Positions 20,526 to 30,668 of a DNA stretch of 64,000 nt are shown here, one piece after another. Source of the DNA: a virus; IMG/VR virus record IMGVR_UViG_3300025674_000019, positions 32,001 through 96,000 of that record; one strand, given 5' to 3'. How positions within the stretch are numbered: the stretch's first letter is position 1; the number at the start of each line of letters is the position of its first letter. Both the position numbers and the translations under genes were made by a program. The notes under the pieces were generated by a model, which made no database searches, was not told the origin of the DNA, and saw nothing but the letters and a program-made list of their open reading frames with translations.

Positions 20526-20939
20526 ATGGCACGTCTGACCTACCTTAATAAAGATCTCGCCGGTATTGGCGGGTCAAACGCGCTTACGCGCGTAAACATT
20601 GAGATCCATAAGCTTGGTCTCGATGTAGAGTACCACCTCGATGCACTGCTCTCTGCCGAGCGGGACATTGAAGACGGGTACTCAGCCCTCGTTGGAGAGT
20701 GGCACTTCCACAACAAGTGGATCAAAGTGCTTAGCTCCAGGCTCATTAAGCTAAAGGCTAAGGCGAAATCTATTCGTGAAAGCCTTGAGCGAGCAATCGA
20801 GGAGGAGCCTCCTGTTCGCACGGGTAGGCTTACTCGTGAGTGGCTTCGCTATGAGAGGGGTTGTGGCTCTAAGCCCGATCAAACTCGTAGCCGAGTTGCC
20901 CGCATTCGCTCCATCGAGCGCAGGGTGGTGCGTCGATGA
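20526..20939 (+). CDS. hypothetical protein
   Basis: AAGGAG RBS; first gene after the promoter. Confidence 0.65.
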   Translation: MARLTYLNKDLAGIGGSNALTRVNIEIHKLGLDVEYHLDALLSAERDIEDGYSALVGEWHFHNKWIKVLSSRLIKLKAKAKSIRESLERAIEEEPPVRTGRLTREWLRYERGCGSKPDQTRSRVARIRSIERRVVRR

Positions 20940-21247
20940 GTGAGAGAGGGTGGGATCTCGAAACTCCCATCTTGGTCTTTCTAGTCGGGGTAGCCCTCGT
21001 TGGTCTTGGCATTGGCCTCCTCGGGATGGCTAAGGAAGACCAAGCTCCCTCGCAGCCGGCGGAGCCTCGCTTCTACGAGGTTCACTGCGAGGGTCCTGAT
21101 GGGTGGGAGAAGTTCACCGTAGACTTCAATGCTTACGGTAAGCCTCGCTCCTTTCGTCAGGGCGTGATGCGCTTTGAGACTACTCAAGGCGTTGAGGTGC
21201 ATGGCAGTAACTGTATCGCCAAGCACCCAGCGGAGTGGCGTCGATGA
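20936..21247 (+). CDS. membrane-anchored hypothetical protein
   Basis: ATGA overlap with the previous gene; N-terminal TM helix. Confidence 0.6.
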   Translation: MSERGWDLETPILVFLVGVALVGLGIGLLGMAKEDQAPSQPAEPRFYEVHCEGPDGWEKFTVDFNAYGKPRSFRQGVMRFETTQGVEVHGSNCIAKHPAEWRR

Positions 21248-21636
21248 TCGGTGTTGCGGGTGCCGGAAAGACACAGGTTGTTAAAAGCCTCCAGGGGCAG
21301 CCTGTAGATTTCTCTCCGCCTCGTCAGCCCTTCTCTCGGGTATTTGTATCAGGAATACCAATGAGCGAGGAGGACACAGTTAGGCATGAGGACAATATGT
21401 GCCTCTCTAACTTCGACGAGGCGGAGGAGGAACTCCGGAAAGCGCTTATGCTCTTGGCCGAGGCTAAGAAGCTCGCGCAGGCCGGGGATCTTCCGGGAGC
21501 GAATGAATCTCTTCATCGGGTAAAGAGCCATGCTTCTGAAGCCAAAGAGTACGCTCAAGGCTGTAGGGAGTGGGTTCAGGGTGTGCCCTTGGGTACAGCT
21601 CTGCCCGAAGATATAGTTGACTACGAGGACGCTTAG
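21244..21636 (+). CDS. hypothetical protein
   Basis: ATGA overlap at 21244; an alternative start exists at 21361. Confidence 0.5.
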   Translation: MIGVAGAGKTQVVKSLQGQPVDFSPPRQPFSRVFVSGIPMSEEDTVRHEDNMCLSNFDEAEEELRKALMLLAEAKKLAQAGDLPGANESLHRVKSHASEAKEYAQGCREWVQGVPLGTALPEDIVDYEDA

Positions 21637-21933
21637 ATGCAGTTCGTAGTCTCTGTCTCTTGGAGAGAAAATCTCCGTAAGCTTATATCCGTCCTTGTTA
21701 ACCTAGAAGAGGATAAGCTTGCGGAGAAAGAGGCCAAGGAGTTCGAGCTTGCTCACTTCTACCTCGAAGGCTTCTACAAGAAGCATCTGCCCTTCGCACT
21801 AGACACTATTCTAGATAAAAGTGAAGGGCAGGTACTGAAGTCCTACGTGTGGCGCGTAGAGGCTGCGAATCAAACCGCTGGGGTATGGGAAGTAGAAAAG
21901 GCTCTAGCAGCCCTTACTGGCCCCCTACCCTAG
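21637..21933 (+). CDS. hypothetical protein
   Basis: Abuts the previous stop codon; GAGG RBS. Confidence 0.55.
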   Translation: MQFVVSVSWRENLRKLISVLVNLEEDKLAEKEAKEFELAHFYLEGFYKKHLPFALDTILDKSEGQVLKSYVWRVEAANQTAGVWEVEKALAALTGPLP

Positions 21934-22158
21934 CGGTTTGTCCGCTTTTTTTAGCTCTCGCTCTAAGTACCAGATGGCCTTACGTAGATCTTCTTTTTTT
22001 AGCTCAGGATTTTTGATTCCAGCTCTAAGGATATACTTAATAGCGTTTCCAAGAGAGAAGTTAAGGCCGAAGTCCTCGATGATATCGATCACTTCATACT
22101 TACCGCCCTGGTAATGGTCAGGATGGTTTACCGTCTCCTTGGATTGCTGGAAGCTCAC
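21925..22158 (-). CDS. DUF3310 (SaV-like) protein
   Basis: VNHPDHY...FSLGNAIKYILRAG...EDLRKAIWYL; probable GTG start at 22158 with GGAG RBS. Confidence 0.8.
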   Translation of the reverse strand: MSFQQSKETVNHPDHYQGGKYEVIDIIEDFGLNFSLGNAIKYILRAGIKNPELKKEDLRKAIWYLERELKKADKPLG

Positions 22159-24097
22159 AGGCGTCTCCGTCGCAGAACTCGTCGTCTTTTTCATGAGAAC
22201 TAGTTTCGATTCGGAGGGGTTTGCAGTTGGCCTGTAGTGACTCATACTCTTCCTTTGTGATCTTGATGTATGGAGCCTGGGGGTAGATGGTGCCAGGATC
22301 AATCTTCAAGAAGCTAACGCTCTTCATGGAGTCTTCAAAGCACTCCAAGCAGAGCTTAATGTCCGCGGCTTCCTCAGGCTTAAAGGTCACCGTAATAGAG
22401 ACTTGATTGTCAGCCCAGTAGCGCTGAATCTGAGCGGCGTTGTGCATCTGCTCCCAGATAGAGACATCTTCCTTGGCCTTCTCAAAGTGCTCTTCTTTGA
22501 TTGGAAAGCTTACAACGTAGGTGTTGTTAGCGTACTGGTCTTTCTCTACAGGAAAGCCAGCCTCTTGTGCAATCCCTAGAAGAGGGCTCTCTTCATTCAC
22601 ACGGATATTACGGATGTAATACTCGCTGTGTGGGTAGTGAATGCCCGGAGTTGCGCCTGCAAGAAGACTCACAGTACCGCTAGGCTTTACACTAGTAGTC
22701 TTCTTAGACCTAGGAACGCAGAGCCAGTCACTATACTGCGCGTCAAGCTGCTGCAGGTACTTGTACCCTCTATTACAGAGCTTGAGGTACGACCGCCTTC
22801 CGTACTTTGCGATTGCCTGGACAATGCCGGACTGTGAGCATCCGATTCTACGGTTGCGCATCATCACAGCGTTAGTGCGCTTATTATGTGTAGGAATAAG
22901 AGTGACTGTCTTTGCGTAGAGATATGCAAACTTCAGAGTTCGTAGATAGTCTTTCTCTGAATCGTGGTTAGCCGGGAAGGTCTCCACTAGGCAGCATAGC
23001 TCGAAGCTCTCAAGGCTCTGCTCGCCGCATGGGTTAGTTCCCTCTACAAGTGCATCCTTGTAGTCTGGGGCATCCGCCATCCGAGAGTAGTTACGAGCGT
23101 GGTCAATCCAGAACATGCCGATGTCAGAGCCCTCGCCAATGCGCTTAGCGACATACTCATAGTCCATGCCCTCCCAGGCGCGGATAGAGTTGTTACTTGC
23201 CCAGCGATGGGACATGAGCATCTCTTGATCGTCTTTGAGCGTGATGAACTCTTGGTCGTCAGGATCGCCAAGCATAATCTCAGCCGTGCGGCGAATACCG
23301 CCTGCTACTACGCATTTTCCAATGAGATTAAAGATGTCAACGATGGTTGCGCTACTGATCAGGTAGGGCTTCTCGTCCTTAGGCATAAGGAGCTTGGTCA
23401 GGTCACTGACGAGCAACTCCAGTGGCCCTGACCCAGAGCTAATACCTCCAAAGGTCTTGAGTGGCGTACCTTTAGGCCGAATACGAGAGTAGTCGATGCT
23501 CTTAGGGTACAAGCCATTACGGACGAAGCTCTCAAGGATAGTCTTAATAAGCTCTACCCAGGACTCGCGCGTGTCTTCGACGATAAACTCTTCGGTGCTG
23601 TACTCAGGAGTAAAGATACTTACAGTGCCTGCGCCGTTGGTGTCTCCACCTACGCCGACACCCAGCATGCTCATATCCATGAGAAAGCAGAAGGGTGCGC
23701 TGAAGTCACTCGCGAGGTTTTTAGTGCTTACAAAAGCGCAGTTATTAAGGCAGGCGCCTCCGACCTTTTCTAGAGCTTTGCTGCCCATTGACCAGAGGCC
23801 TCGCCCTGGGGGGAGGAACTTGAACTCCCACATCCTGCGGTACATCTCTTGAGCAGAGCGCTGAGCTTTGCTGTCGCTCCAAGGAAGCAGCAAGGACTGG
23901 CAGTGGTTCTTTTGTGTAGTATACACGCCCTCTACCACGCGCTTACAGGTCTGCCAGAACTCTTCAGAAGTTCCATCACCTAGATCTCGTGCGTAAGTGC
24001 GCTTGTAGGTAAAGTAGCCTAGAGGCCCCCATGCTGGCTGTGTGTCTTTAAACTCTTCGAGGAACTTATCATCTAAATGAAAGAGTGCTCTTTGCAT
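22118..24097 (-). CDS. nrdJ: class II (adenosylcobalamin-dependent) ribonucleotide reductase, monomeric RTPR type
   Basis: FLPPGRGLW, GTNPCGEQSL, VKPSGTVSLLAG and C-terminal FCDGDAC. Confidence 0.92.
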   Translation of the reverse strand: MQRALFHLDDKFLEEFKDTQPAWGPLGYFTYKRTYARDLGDGTSEEFWQTCKRVVEGVYTTQKNHCQSLLLPWSDSKAQRSAQEMYRRMWEFKFLPPGRGLWSMGSKALEKVGGACLNNCAFVSTKNLASDFSAPFCFLMDMSMLGVGVGGDTNGAGTVSIFTPEYSTEEFIVEDTRESWVELIKTILESFVRNGLYPKSIDYSRIRPKGTPLKTFGGISSGSGPLELLVSDLTKLLMPKDEKPYLISSATIVDIFNLIGKCVVAGGIRRTAEIMLGDPDDQEFITLKDDQEMLMSHRWASNNSIRAWEGMDYEYVAKRIGEGSDIGMFWIDHARNYSRMADAPDYKDALVEGTNPCGEQSLESFELCCLVETFPANHDSEKDYLRTLKFAYLYAKTVTLIPTHNKRTNAVMMRNRRIGCSQSGIVQAIAKYGRRSYLKLCNRGYKYLQQLDAQYSDWLCVPRSKKTTSVKPSGTVSLLAGATPGIHYPHSEYYIRNIRVNEESPLLGIAQEAGFPVEKDQYANNTYVVSFPIKEEHFEKAKEDVSIWEQMHNAAQIQRYWADNQVSITVTFKPEEAADIKLCLECFEDSMKSVSFLKIDPGTIYPQAPYIKITKEEYESLQANCKPLRIETSSHEKDDEFCDGDACELPAIQGDGKPS

Positions 24098-24786
24098 ACT
24101 GCGTATGTCTCCGGAAACTTTTCCTGTACGTATTCGGCCATCGCTTCAGCCATGACTCGAATCTCCCACTGCGCATCTTCCGCTAAGCGTAGCTTTAAAA
24201 ACTTGATTACATTCAGCAGGTTAGCGGTGGCCCAATACTCTGTGTACAGCGATTGTGGTAGGACCGACCTTGCTTGCTCTCTCGCCACCCCGGCGTCGAG
24301 AAGGTCGTGATACAATTTTAGAGATGCTTTAGAGTGGCTGGCAATGGCATCTGAAGCCCTTAAAGGCCAGATCATCGTAGCCCCGTGAATTGCATTGATT
24401 TCTGGGTCAAAGTTTTCTTTCTCAACACTCGCCTGTCGGTTGTTCTTGTGCTGCTCGCGAAAGACTTTGGGGTTATAGAACTCAATACTCTCTGAAGTAT
24501 ATCTTCTAGAAACCTCGTTGTAGCTCCAGGTCCTGTGCCTCATATGTTGCTTAGCGACATACATAGGCACTTTGATCTTAAAGCTCATGGTGCAATGCTC
24601 AAAAGGACTGGTGTGCTTATGTTCTGCTAGGTACCCGATGAGCTTTCTGTCTCGCGGACTGAGCTCCTCTAACTCTGGAGTGTCGCTCATGAAAGAGACT
24701 CTTGCAGCGTCTGCTACCACCTTGTCCACGCCCATGTGCTGAAGTAAACTTACGTAACCTATGTTATCGCCATAGATGAACTTCAC
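24073..24786 (-). CDS. thyX: flavin-dependent thymidylate synthase
   Basis: HTSPFEH and the ThyX motif RHRTWSYNEVSRRY. Confidence 0.95.
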   Translation of the reverse strand: MKFIYGDNIGYVSLLQHMGVDKVVADAARVSFMSDTPELEELSPRDRKLIGYLAEHKHTSPFEHCTMSFKIKVPMYVAKQHMRHRTWSYNEVSRRYTSESIEFYNPKVFREQHKNNRQASVEKENFDPEINAIHGATMIWPLRASDAIASHSKASLKLYHDLLDAGVAREQARSVLPQSLYTEYWATANLLNVIKFLKLRLAEDAQWEIRVMAEAMAEYVQEKFPETYAVCKEHSFI

Positions 24787-24819
24787 GTTCTACCCTTTCA
24801 GAAAGAGAGTCGCGAAACT

Positions 24820-26631
24820 ATGTCTGCTACCAAATTTAAAGTCAAGCAAGTCAAGAACGACTCTGAGACAGGGTTAGAAGCCTTCGTTGAGTTGCCCATT
24901 GACCAAGAAGAAACCACTCGCTTGATGCCCAGTGGAGGGAGCGTAGATATCGGGTCTAGCACCTTTAACTGGGGAGATGCCTACCTTGGGGACTTGGAGT
25001 GTGGCGTTATCTCGTGCCTATCGATTAACGCCTCTAACGGAGATATACCAATATCTACTAACCTAGACGTTCAAGGGTTCATAACTGCGTCAAGTACGAT
25101 AAGTACGTCCGGTGTTCTGGTGTCGAATGAGCTAAGGGCGCAGGAAGGTTTTGGTATCAACATAACTTCGGATACGAACGTTATTGTTGATATCGACCAT
25201 AATGACAATAGTCTTGGCGGTAACTACTTTAAGGTTAGAAAAGACTTTGAAGACCCTAGCGGACCTGTTGATCTACTTACTCTCGCTGAGAGCGGTAACC
25301 TAGAGGTACTCGGAGACATAAGTGCTGCTAGCCTTAGCCTGACGGGAGAGGTAAGTGCAGCAGACCTATCCTTGTCTGGCAGTGTATCTACAGACTTATC
25401 TCTAGACGGAAAGCTAGAAGCTTCCGGAGAAGATCCTCTGATTATAGATGCTTCTAGTGTTGTAATAGAAAACTCCAAGACAGCTAATACGTCTTCAGTA
25501 ACCCTGAGAGACAGTATTAACGCAAATAGCTCTATCTCTTTAATAGAGGGAGAGGGCCTATTCGGAGAAGCGAGTAACTATGGCTTCCAGTTAGAGTATA
25601 ATGGAAGGCTCATGCCTAATAGCTTATCCCTAAGGAGTGGCTATGGGACTCTTACTGCCGATATCTTTACCGTTGTAAGAGATGTAAGCGGCGTTCCTTC
25701 ATCCGATATAGAGTTCAAGGGTCTTATTACCTCAGATAATGATACGGCAGCAGAGCAAGGGGGCGTTCGGAGCACCTACTTCGGGGGAGGGCCTGGGTCG
25801 CAAAACGCTATACGGCTCACTACAGTAGACGGGAATGGTAACTTTAACCCGCACACCACAGATACTGGCACTTTCTATGTAAATGGGCCCAAGGGTGACG
25901 ACGGTAAGCTTTCCATAGAGGCTTTCGATATAGACCTAGTTACAGACGGGCACGTACGTGTAGCCCTGGATCACAATAGCAACGGGACTTTCCAGGTCAA
26001 GGATAGTAACAACGACATAGTGTTCAGGGCGAGAACTGGTACTGTGGATAGGCTTCTAGTGGAAAGCTCCCTAGAGACAGCCATAGATAATGCTACTGTA
26101 TCGAATAATAATAGCCTTAGACTGCTGGTGGTAGACCCTACGGGGCATATATACAAGAGTGATGAAAACTCGCACTTGCTACTTAACGCTCCTTTTACAG
26201 GAACCCATGTTTACGCTTCTGCCGACGAGTTACCTCTGGGCTCTAGTGTAAGTCTAGATGCGGGCACGCTTGCGCTAACTACAAGCGCATCCCAGGCTAA
26301 CTGCGTAGGTATAGTACAGAGTAAAGAGCTGGCTACAGAGGATAGCCCACATACTACCTCTCTAGGAGAAGTAATTACCTCTGGCAACATCTACTACGTC
26401 GCAGCAGTAGGTGACTCCATCAAAGGAGGCTTGCGAGGCTTCAAAGTCTGCAACGAAGGCGGAGATATCTCTGCGGGCGACCTACTCGTTACTAGCTCTG
26501 TGTCGGGACGACTCATGAAGCAGGCTGATGATGTGGTCCGAGCGAGCACTGTTGGTAAAGCCATGCAGTCCGTAACCTTTAACGATCAAGGCCAGGCAGA
26601 TAATGTCTACGGCTTTCTCTACTGCGGGTGA
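24820..26631 (+). CDS. tail fibre/spike protein with a C-terminal intramolecular-chaperone (peptidase G2-like) domain
   Basis: Beta-rich G/S/D repeats; C-terminal FTGTH...VCNEGGDISAGDLLVTS...MKQADD...TVGKA...YCG. Confidence 0.65.
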   Translation: MSATKFKVKQVKNDSETGLEAFVELPIDQEETTRLMPSGGSVDIGSSTFNWGDAYLGDLECGVISCLSINASNGDIPISTNLDVQGFITASSTISTSGVLVSNELRAQEGFGINITSDTNVIVDIDHNDNSLGGNYFKVRKDFEDPSGPVDLLTLAESGNLEVLGDISAASLSLTGEVSAADLSLSGSVSTDLSLDGKLEASGEDPLIIDASSVVIENSKTANTSSVTLRDSINANSSISLIEGEGLFGEASNYGFQLEYNGRLMPNSLSLRSGYGTLTADIFTVVRDVSGVPSSDIEFKGLITSDNDTAAEQGGVRSTYFGGGPGSQNAIRLTTVDGNGNFNPHTTDTGTFYVNGPKGDDGKLSIEAFDIDLVTDGHVRVALDHNSNGTFQVKDSNNDIVFRARTGTVDRLLVESSLETAIDNATVSNNNSLRLLVVDPTGHIYKSDENSHLLLNAPFTGTHVYASADELPLGSSVSLDAGTLALTTSASQANCVGIVQSKELATEDSPHTTSLGEVITSGNIYYVAAVGDSIKGGLRGFKVCNEGGDISAGDLLVTSSVSGRLMKQADDVVRASTVGKAMQSVTFNDQGQADNVYGFLYCG

Positions 26632-26635
26632 TGCT

Positions 26636-27202
26636 ATGAACTACATTGAAGATACTATAGGTGAAGAGCTAGAGAAGACTGCTCTGAAGGGGCTTAGGCA
26701 AGCTATAGCTAATAATAAAGGTAAATCGACATTAATCGGAGCTACCGTAGGTCTGCCTGTAGCTTACTCTCTGCTGCAGTCTGCTAGGGAGGCAGACAGA
26801 GAAGCTGGTGGAATCCCTCAAGCGCTAGATGACGCTATGGACGGAGTAGACTCCGGACTAGATGAGGTGGATCGGATTATAGATGAGGGCTTTTCAGATA
26901 AACAAAAAGCGCTAGCTGCTTTGGGAGCTTTGGGTCTCGCTGGGGTTGGCGGGTACAAAGCGTATAAGAGTCTGAGTGGAAGGGAGAAGGTGTCTAAGTT
27001 GAGTCCAGCAACTAAAGATGCCCTAAAAACTGTAGTTCCATTCTACCTTGGAGTGGGCGGCCTAGGCACCGCTGCCTACTATGGGACTAGGAGCCCAGGG
27101 GGTGACAGTCAAGGCGAAAAGAAGGAAAAAAAGAAGAAAGAGGATACCTTTAAGTTGCTTAAGGAATTAGCCAAAAAAGAGTTATATGCTCGGTTCTACT
27201 AA
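26636..27202 (+). CDS. K-x-A-motif protein with three hydrophobic Gly-rich helices
   Basis: ELEKTALKG and EKVS motifs; ALGALGLAGVGGYKAYK and YLGVGGLGTAAYYG helices. Confidence 0.6.
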   Translation: MNYIEDTIGEELEKTALKGLRQAIANNKGKSTLIGATVGLPVAYSLLQSAREADREAGGIPQALDDAMDGVDSGLDEVDRIIDEGFSDKQKALAALGALGLAGVGGYKAYKSLSGREKVSKLSPATKDALKTVVPFYLGVGGLGTAAYYGTRSPGGDSQGEKKEKKKKEDTFKLLKELAKKELYARFY

Positions 27203-27656
27203 TATTAAGTCTAAATACTTAAGTACAAGAGTTAGTCAGTGTGAGCTTCTCGCGGAGCAGAGCACCTGCCCTCGCCGTAAGATAGCTGCTATGCTCATAG
27301 ACCCAGAGACTAACAGCATAGTTGCTGACGGGTACAATGGGCCTCCCAGGGGTGCAGGGTCCTTATGTGGGGAGACCGACTGCCTAAGAGAGACTATGCA
27401 CGTTAAGTCGGGTACTTCCCTAGAGATAGGGTGTCACCATGCTGAGATGAACTGCATACTGAATGCAGCTCGCCAAGGGAACAAGACCTCTGGGCGAGTG
27501 ATGATAGTTACTGCAGAGCCTTGTCTCATGTGCGCAAAGGCGATACACCACGCCGGAATAAGCGCAGTGTATCTAGTAGAAGGCGGGTACTCTGGGGCTA
27601 TAAGAACTGGGGTAGAGTACCTGAGGCAGAACGGAGTAGAGGTAGTTAAGTACTGA
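27186..27656 (+). CDS. dCMP deaminase
   Basis: STCPRRK, GYNGPP, and zinc motifs HAEMN and PCLMC. Confidence 0.9.
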   Translation: MLGSTNIKSKYLSTRVSQCELLAEQSTCPRRKIAAMLIDPETNSIVADGYNGPPRGAGSLCGETDCLRETMHVKSGTSLEIGCHHAEMNCILNAARQGNKTSGRVMIVTAEPCLMCAKAIHHAGISAVYLVEGGYSGAIRTGVEYLRQNGVEVVKY

Positions 27657-27658
27657 CT

Positions 27659-29788
27659 CTACTTCTTTCTTTTAGCTTTGCCTTTGGACTTGCGCTCTAG
27701 GGCTGCGCGCAACGCTGGAATACCTACAGCTGCAGCGCCGGTAGCTGCAAGAGCGCCTCCGACTGTATATGGGTTATCAACTGCGTAGTTGCTAGCGCTA
27801 CGTAGGCCGCGCATAGCGCTATCTCCTAGTGATGACCCAGTTGCGGCTAAGTACCTTCCAGCCTGGCCTAGTAGGTTAGCTTCATCAGAAAAAGGCGTAG
27901 TCAGTGTTTGCTGTACGCTCTCAGCTGCACTGTCTATTGGGCTTCTATCTCTGTTATAGAGGTATAGAGCTGTGCCTAGACCAGTAGCGCCTACTGCAGC
28001 TTTACCCGCATCGCCAGCGGCCGCGCGTAAGGCTTGCTCTTGAGCATCTAAAAGATCCCTAGAGTACTGCTCCTGGGCTGTATTGAACTGCTGGGTATAC
28101 TCATCTTTGACCTGCTTTCGGGTGCTCTTGGTCTTTGCTTGACCCTTAAGCTCCTTTAGCTGTTGCTTCAAGAAATCTCTTCTAGACTGGTCACCAGCGG
28201 AGAGGGTTTTTTGGCTAACTAAGTCCTTAAGATCTTTCTCCATGCGCTGAACTTGCCTTGTAGCCTTATCCCTGCGCTTTACTACTTCTTCAGCTACTGC
28301 TTTAGTGTCTTCAGCTAGGTTCTTTGGGGCTGATTTCCCTGCTGCCCTTAGGCGGCCTGCAGCCGTATACCGCTTTGCTAGCATATCTAAGAGGCTAGCA
28401 GTCTTTGGCATCTCAGGGGCTACAGGCTGAGAGATATTAACCTGGCCAAGTAGCTGAGGGGCAGCAGCCTGGGCTTCTTCAGCGCTGTACCCCATGTTAG
28501 TGAGGTAAGCCACGATCTCGTTGTAGCTCTGGTTGTAGGCTTCTAGCTGCTTGTCGTACTCAAGTTGCTCTGGAGTTTTATCCGGAATGGCTTCAACCTG
28601 AGGGGCCGCTGCTTCTGGGCTAGCATACATTTGGCTGTACGCTGAGTACACCTCTTCTGGGCTGTAACCCATGGAGATATAATCTTCTGGGCTGTAGGTT
28701 TGTACCTGAGGCTCGTAGCCCATAGACGAGTAGCCCTGCTGGGTGTCGAAGGTAACCTCTGGCTCATAGCCCATAGAAGCGTACTGGTCTTGGGAGTAAG
28801 AGGGCTCTGCCTCGTAAGCCATGTTGATGTAGTCTTCTGGGCTGTAAGTCTGAACCTCGGGCTCGTAACCCATAGTCTCATACTCTGAAGGAGCAGAGCT
28901 AAACATGTAGTTCTGCATAGTCTCTTTAGGTGCGTAGTAATTAGCCATGCCGTCGGCGGGCTCTGGCTGGTACTCCTCCAGATCTTCATTCTCGTACATG
29001 GGCTCGTAGTCAGAGACTGCGGCCAGCTTAAAGAGGTCTCTAGCGGACCGAAATCTGTTGCTACTACCCATAATAACTATCTCCATTGATGACTGCTTAA
29101 TAAGTGAACTCGCAGCGAGGTTAAGGGCTCTCATGGCCTGAAGTCGTTGGTGATCCGCCTGCTCGGCAGCGTTAAGTACTCTGCCCATACGCTTCTCTAG
29201 GTACTCCCTGTCCGAGAGTAGCCGCTTATTCTTACGCCTAGAGACCCGCTCTACTATGTTTTTTATATCTCTGTACTCACCGACTCCTTGACCTAGGAGC
29301 CTTTGGTCTACGTACACGCTGGAGTTACGGTCCCACTTCTGATTGCCTAACTCAGCTGCGGCATATCCAGGGTCGTAAAACACACCGCCGCCAACTGATG
29401 GCGCGCGCCTATCAGCGGGGTCTGTCCAACCATGAGTTCGCAATGCTGCAGTTACAACCCTCGATTGAGTGCCTGGGACAGAGTACGTTTGGCTAATCCC
29501 CTGCTGTATCTGAGCGATGCCCTTGCCAGTAGCAGAGGGGGCTGCCGGAGGAGGAGTAAGGTTCTCCTTGAGAGGGGCTGGCTCAGGCTTTCCTAATGGT
29601 ACCGCTACTTGAGGCTCTGGCTCTCCCATAGGTACTGGAGGTGCAAGCGCCTGGTTGGGTTGCGCGGGCATATCATCTTTGAGACCGGGCTCTTGCATCG
29701 CGCTATTATTCTGGCGCCCGATCTCCTGAGCAAGTTTCTCATCCTGCTCATGATCATAAGGATCGCCGTCCATAGTAAGGTAAGGCAT
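27659..29788 (-). CDS. K-x-A-motif modular protein (709 aa) with Tyr/Glu repeats and C-terminal Gly-rich helices
   Basis: IKQSS, FKLAA and PKTAS junctions; MGYEPEVQTYSPEDY repeats. Confidence 0.6.
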   Translation of the reverse strand: MPYLTMDGDPYDHEQDEKLAQEIGRQNNSAMQEPGLKDDMPAQPNQALAPPVPMGEPEPQVAVPLGKPEPAPLKENLTPPPAAPSATGKGIAQIQQGISQTYSVPGTQSRVVTAALRTHGWTDPADRRAPSVGGGVFYDPGYAAAELGNQKWDRNSSVYVDQRLLGQGVGEYRDIKNIVERVSRRKNKRLLSDREYLEKRMGRVLNAAEQADHQRLQAMRALNLAASSLIKQSSMEIVIMGSSNRFRSARDLFKLAAVSDYEPMYENEDLEEYQPEPADGMANYYAPKETMQNYMFSSAPSEYETMGYEPEVQTYSPEDYINMAYEAEPSYSQDQYASMGYEPEVTFDTQQGYSSMGYEPQVQTYSPEDYISMGYSPEEVYSAYSQMYASPEAAAPQVEAIPDKTPEQLEYDKQLEAYNQSYNEIVAYLTNMGYSAEEAQAAAPQLLGQVNISQPVAPEMPKTASLLDMLAKRYTAAGRLRAAGKSAPKNLAEDTKAVAEEVVKRRDKATRQVQRMEKDLKDLVSQKTLSAGDQSRRDFLKQQLKELKGQAKTKSTRKQVKDEYTQQFNTAQEQYSRDLLDAQEQALRAAAGDAGKAAVGATGLGTALYLYNRDRSPIDSAAESVQQTLTTPFSDEANLLGQAGRYLAATGSSLGDSAMRGLRSASNYAVDNPYTVGGALAATGAAAVGIPALRAALERKSKGKAKRKK
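28660..28885 (-). repeat. coding tandem repeats (MGYEPEV[Q]TYSPEDY-like)
   Basis: Recurrent ggctcgtagcccat and tcttctgggctgta units on the + strand. Confidence 0.7.
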
Positions 29789-29892
29789 AGTAACTCCTGA
29801 GAGTATGTCTTTATAAATGTTATGAAGAAGGATAATAGCGGGAAAGTAAAGAGAGTGTCCTCCCTATAATTAGGCAAAGAGAGGAGGACTGT

Positions 29893-30528
29893 ATGTGGTC
29901 TGATAAGGGTAAACGTTCGTGGCTGGCCAGCTTTGTGTTCCTGACACTCGTGGTTGGCCTTATATTCTTTCTAACCTTCCTAGAGGTTCCTGATAAAAAT
30001 AAAGACCTCATCACCAGCATTATAGGGATGATCGTCGGCAGCATCAGCACTGTGATCTCGATCTTTGTAGGTAGAGATCCGGATGATGTCAAAGACCTAA
30101 AAGAGGCTATACAAGAGCTTAACAGTGACCGTAATGCGCTCATAGAGAGGCTGCGAGACGCCCAGCTAGATAAAGAGACTCTGCGCAAGCAGCTTGAGGC
30201 ACTACAGACTCAGGTGATTGAGAGGCTCAGTATCTTTGTTGGAGAACACAGGCTAGCCGAAGTGGGCGGAGCAGACATACAGTTAAGCCCAGAGGTAGAG
30301 CGCTGGATGCCTAAGCCGCACGAGACGCCCATGCCTAACTCGGTAAGTCCGCTACCACGAAAGCATACTCAGCGCAACCCTACTCCTCCGGTGCCCTCTG
30401 GAGGCAGAGTCCCCTCAACGCAGCCTCCAGGGTCTAGCCCGGCGGTCCAGCCTCAAAAAGCTCCTAAGCCAGAGAAGCAAGAGCCCCTTGATGATTGGAT
30501 GGATCTCTTTGGTAAGCCAGAGGACTAG
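29893..30528 (+). CDS. two-TM membrane protein with coiled coil (holin-like)
   Basis: GAGGAGG RBS; two N-terminal TM helices, a coiled coil and a Pro-rich tail. Confidence 0.55.
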   Translation: MWSDKGKRSWLASFVFLTLVVGLIFFLTFLEVPDKNKDLITSIIGMIVGSISTVISIFVGRDPDDVKDLKEAIQELNSDRNALIERLRDAQLDKETLRKQLEALQTQVIERLSIFVGEHRLAEVGGADIQLSPEVERWMPKPHETPMPNSVSPLPRKHTQRNPTPPVPSGGRVPSTQPPGSSPAVQPQKAPKPEKQEPLDDWMDLFGKPED

Positions 30529-30563
30529 CCTATCCTTTGGTCTTTAACCAGGGGAGGCTAATC

Positions 30564-30659
30564 ATGGATGTAATACTTCCAGTATCTGTACTGGCTGCCG
30601 CCTACTGCAGCATTATTCTAGAAGCTGTTAAAGAGTACCGTAGGCGGTCTGAAAGCTAA
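30564..30659 (+). CDS. small hydrophobic peptide (31 aa, MDVILPVSVLAAAY...)
   Basis: GGGGAGG RBS. Confidence 0.45.
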   Translation: MDVILPVSVLAAAYCSIILEAVKEYRRRSES

Positions 30660-30668
30660 AAAATAGAG

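Noticed and set aside
22118-24786. Intein or intron in nrdJ or thyX
   Set aside because: Both are of normal length with contiguous motifs.
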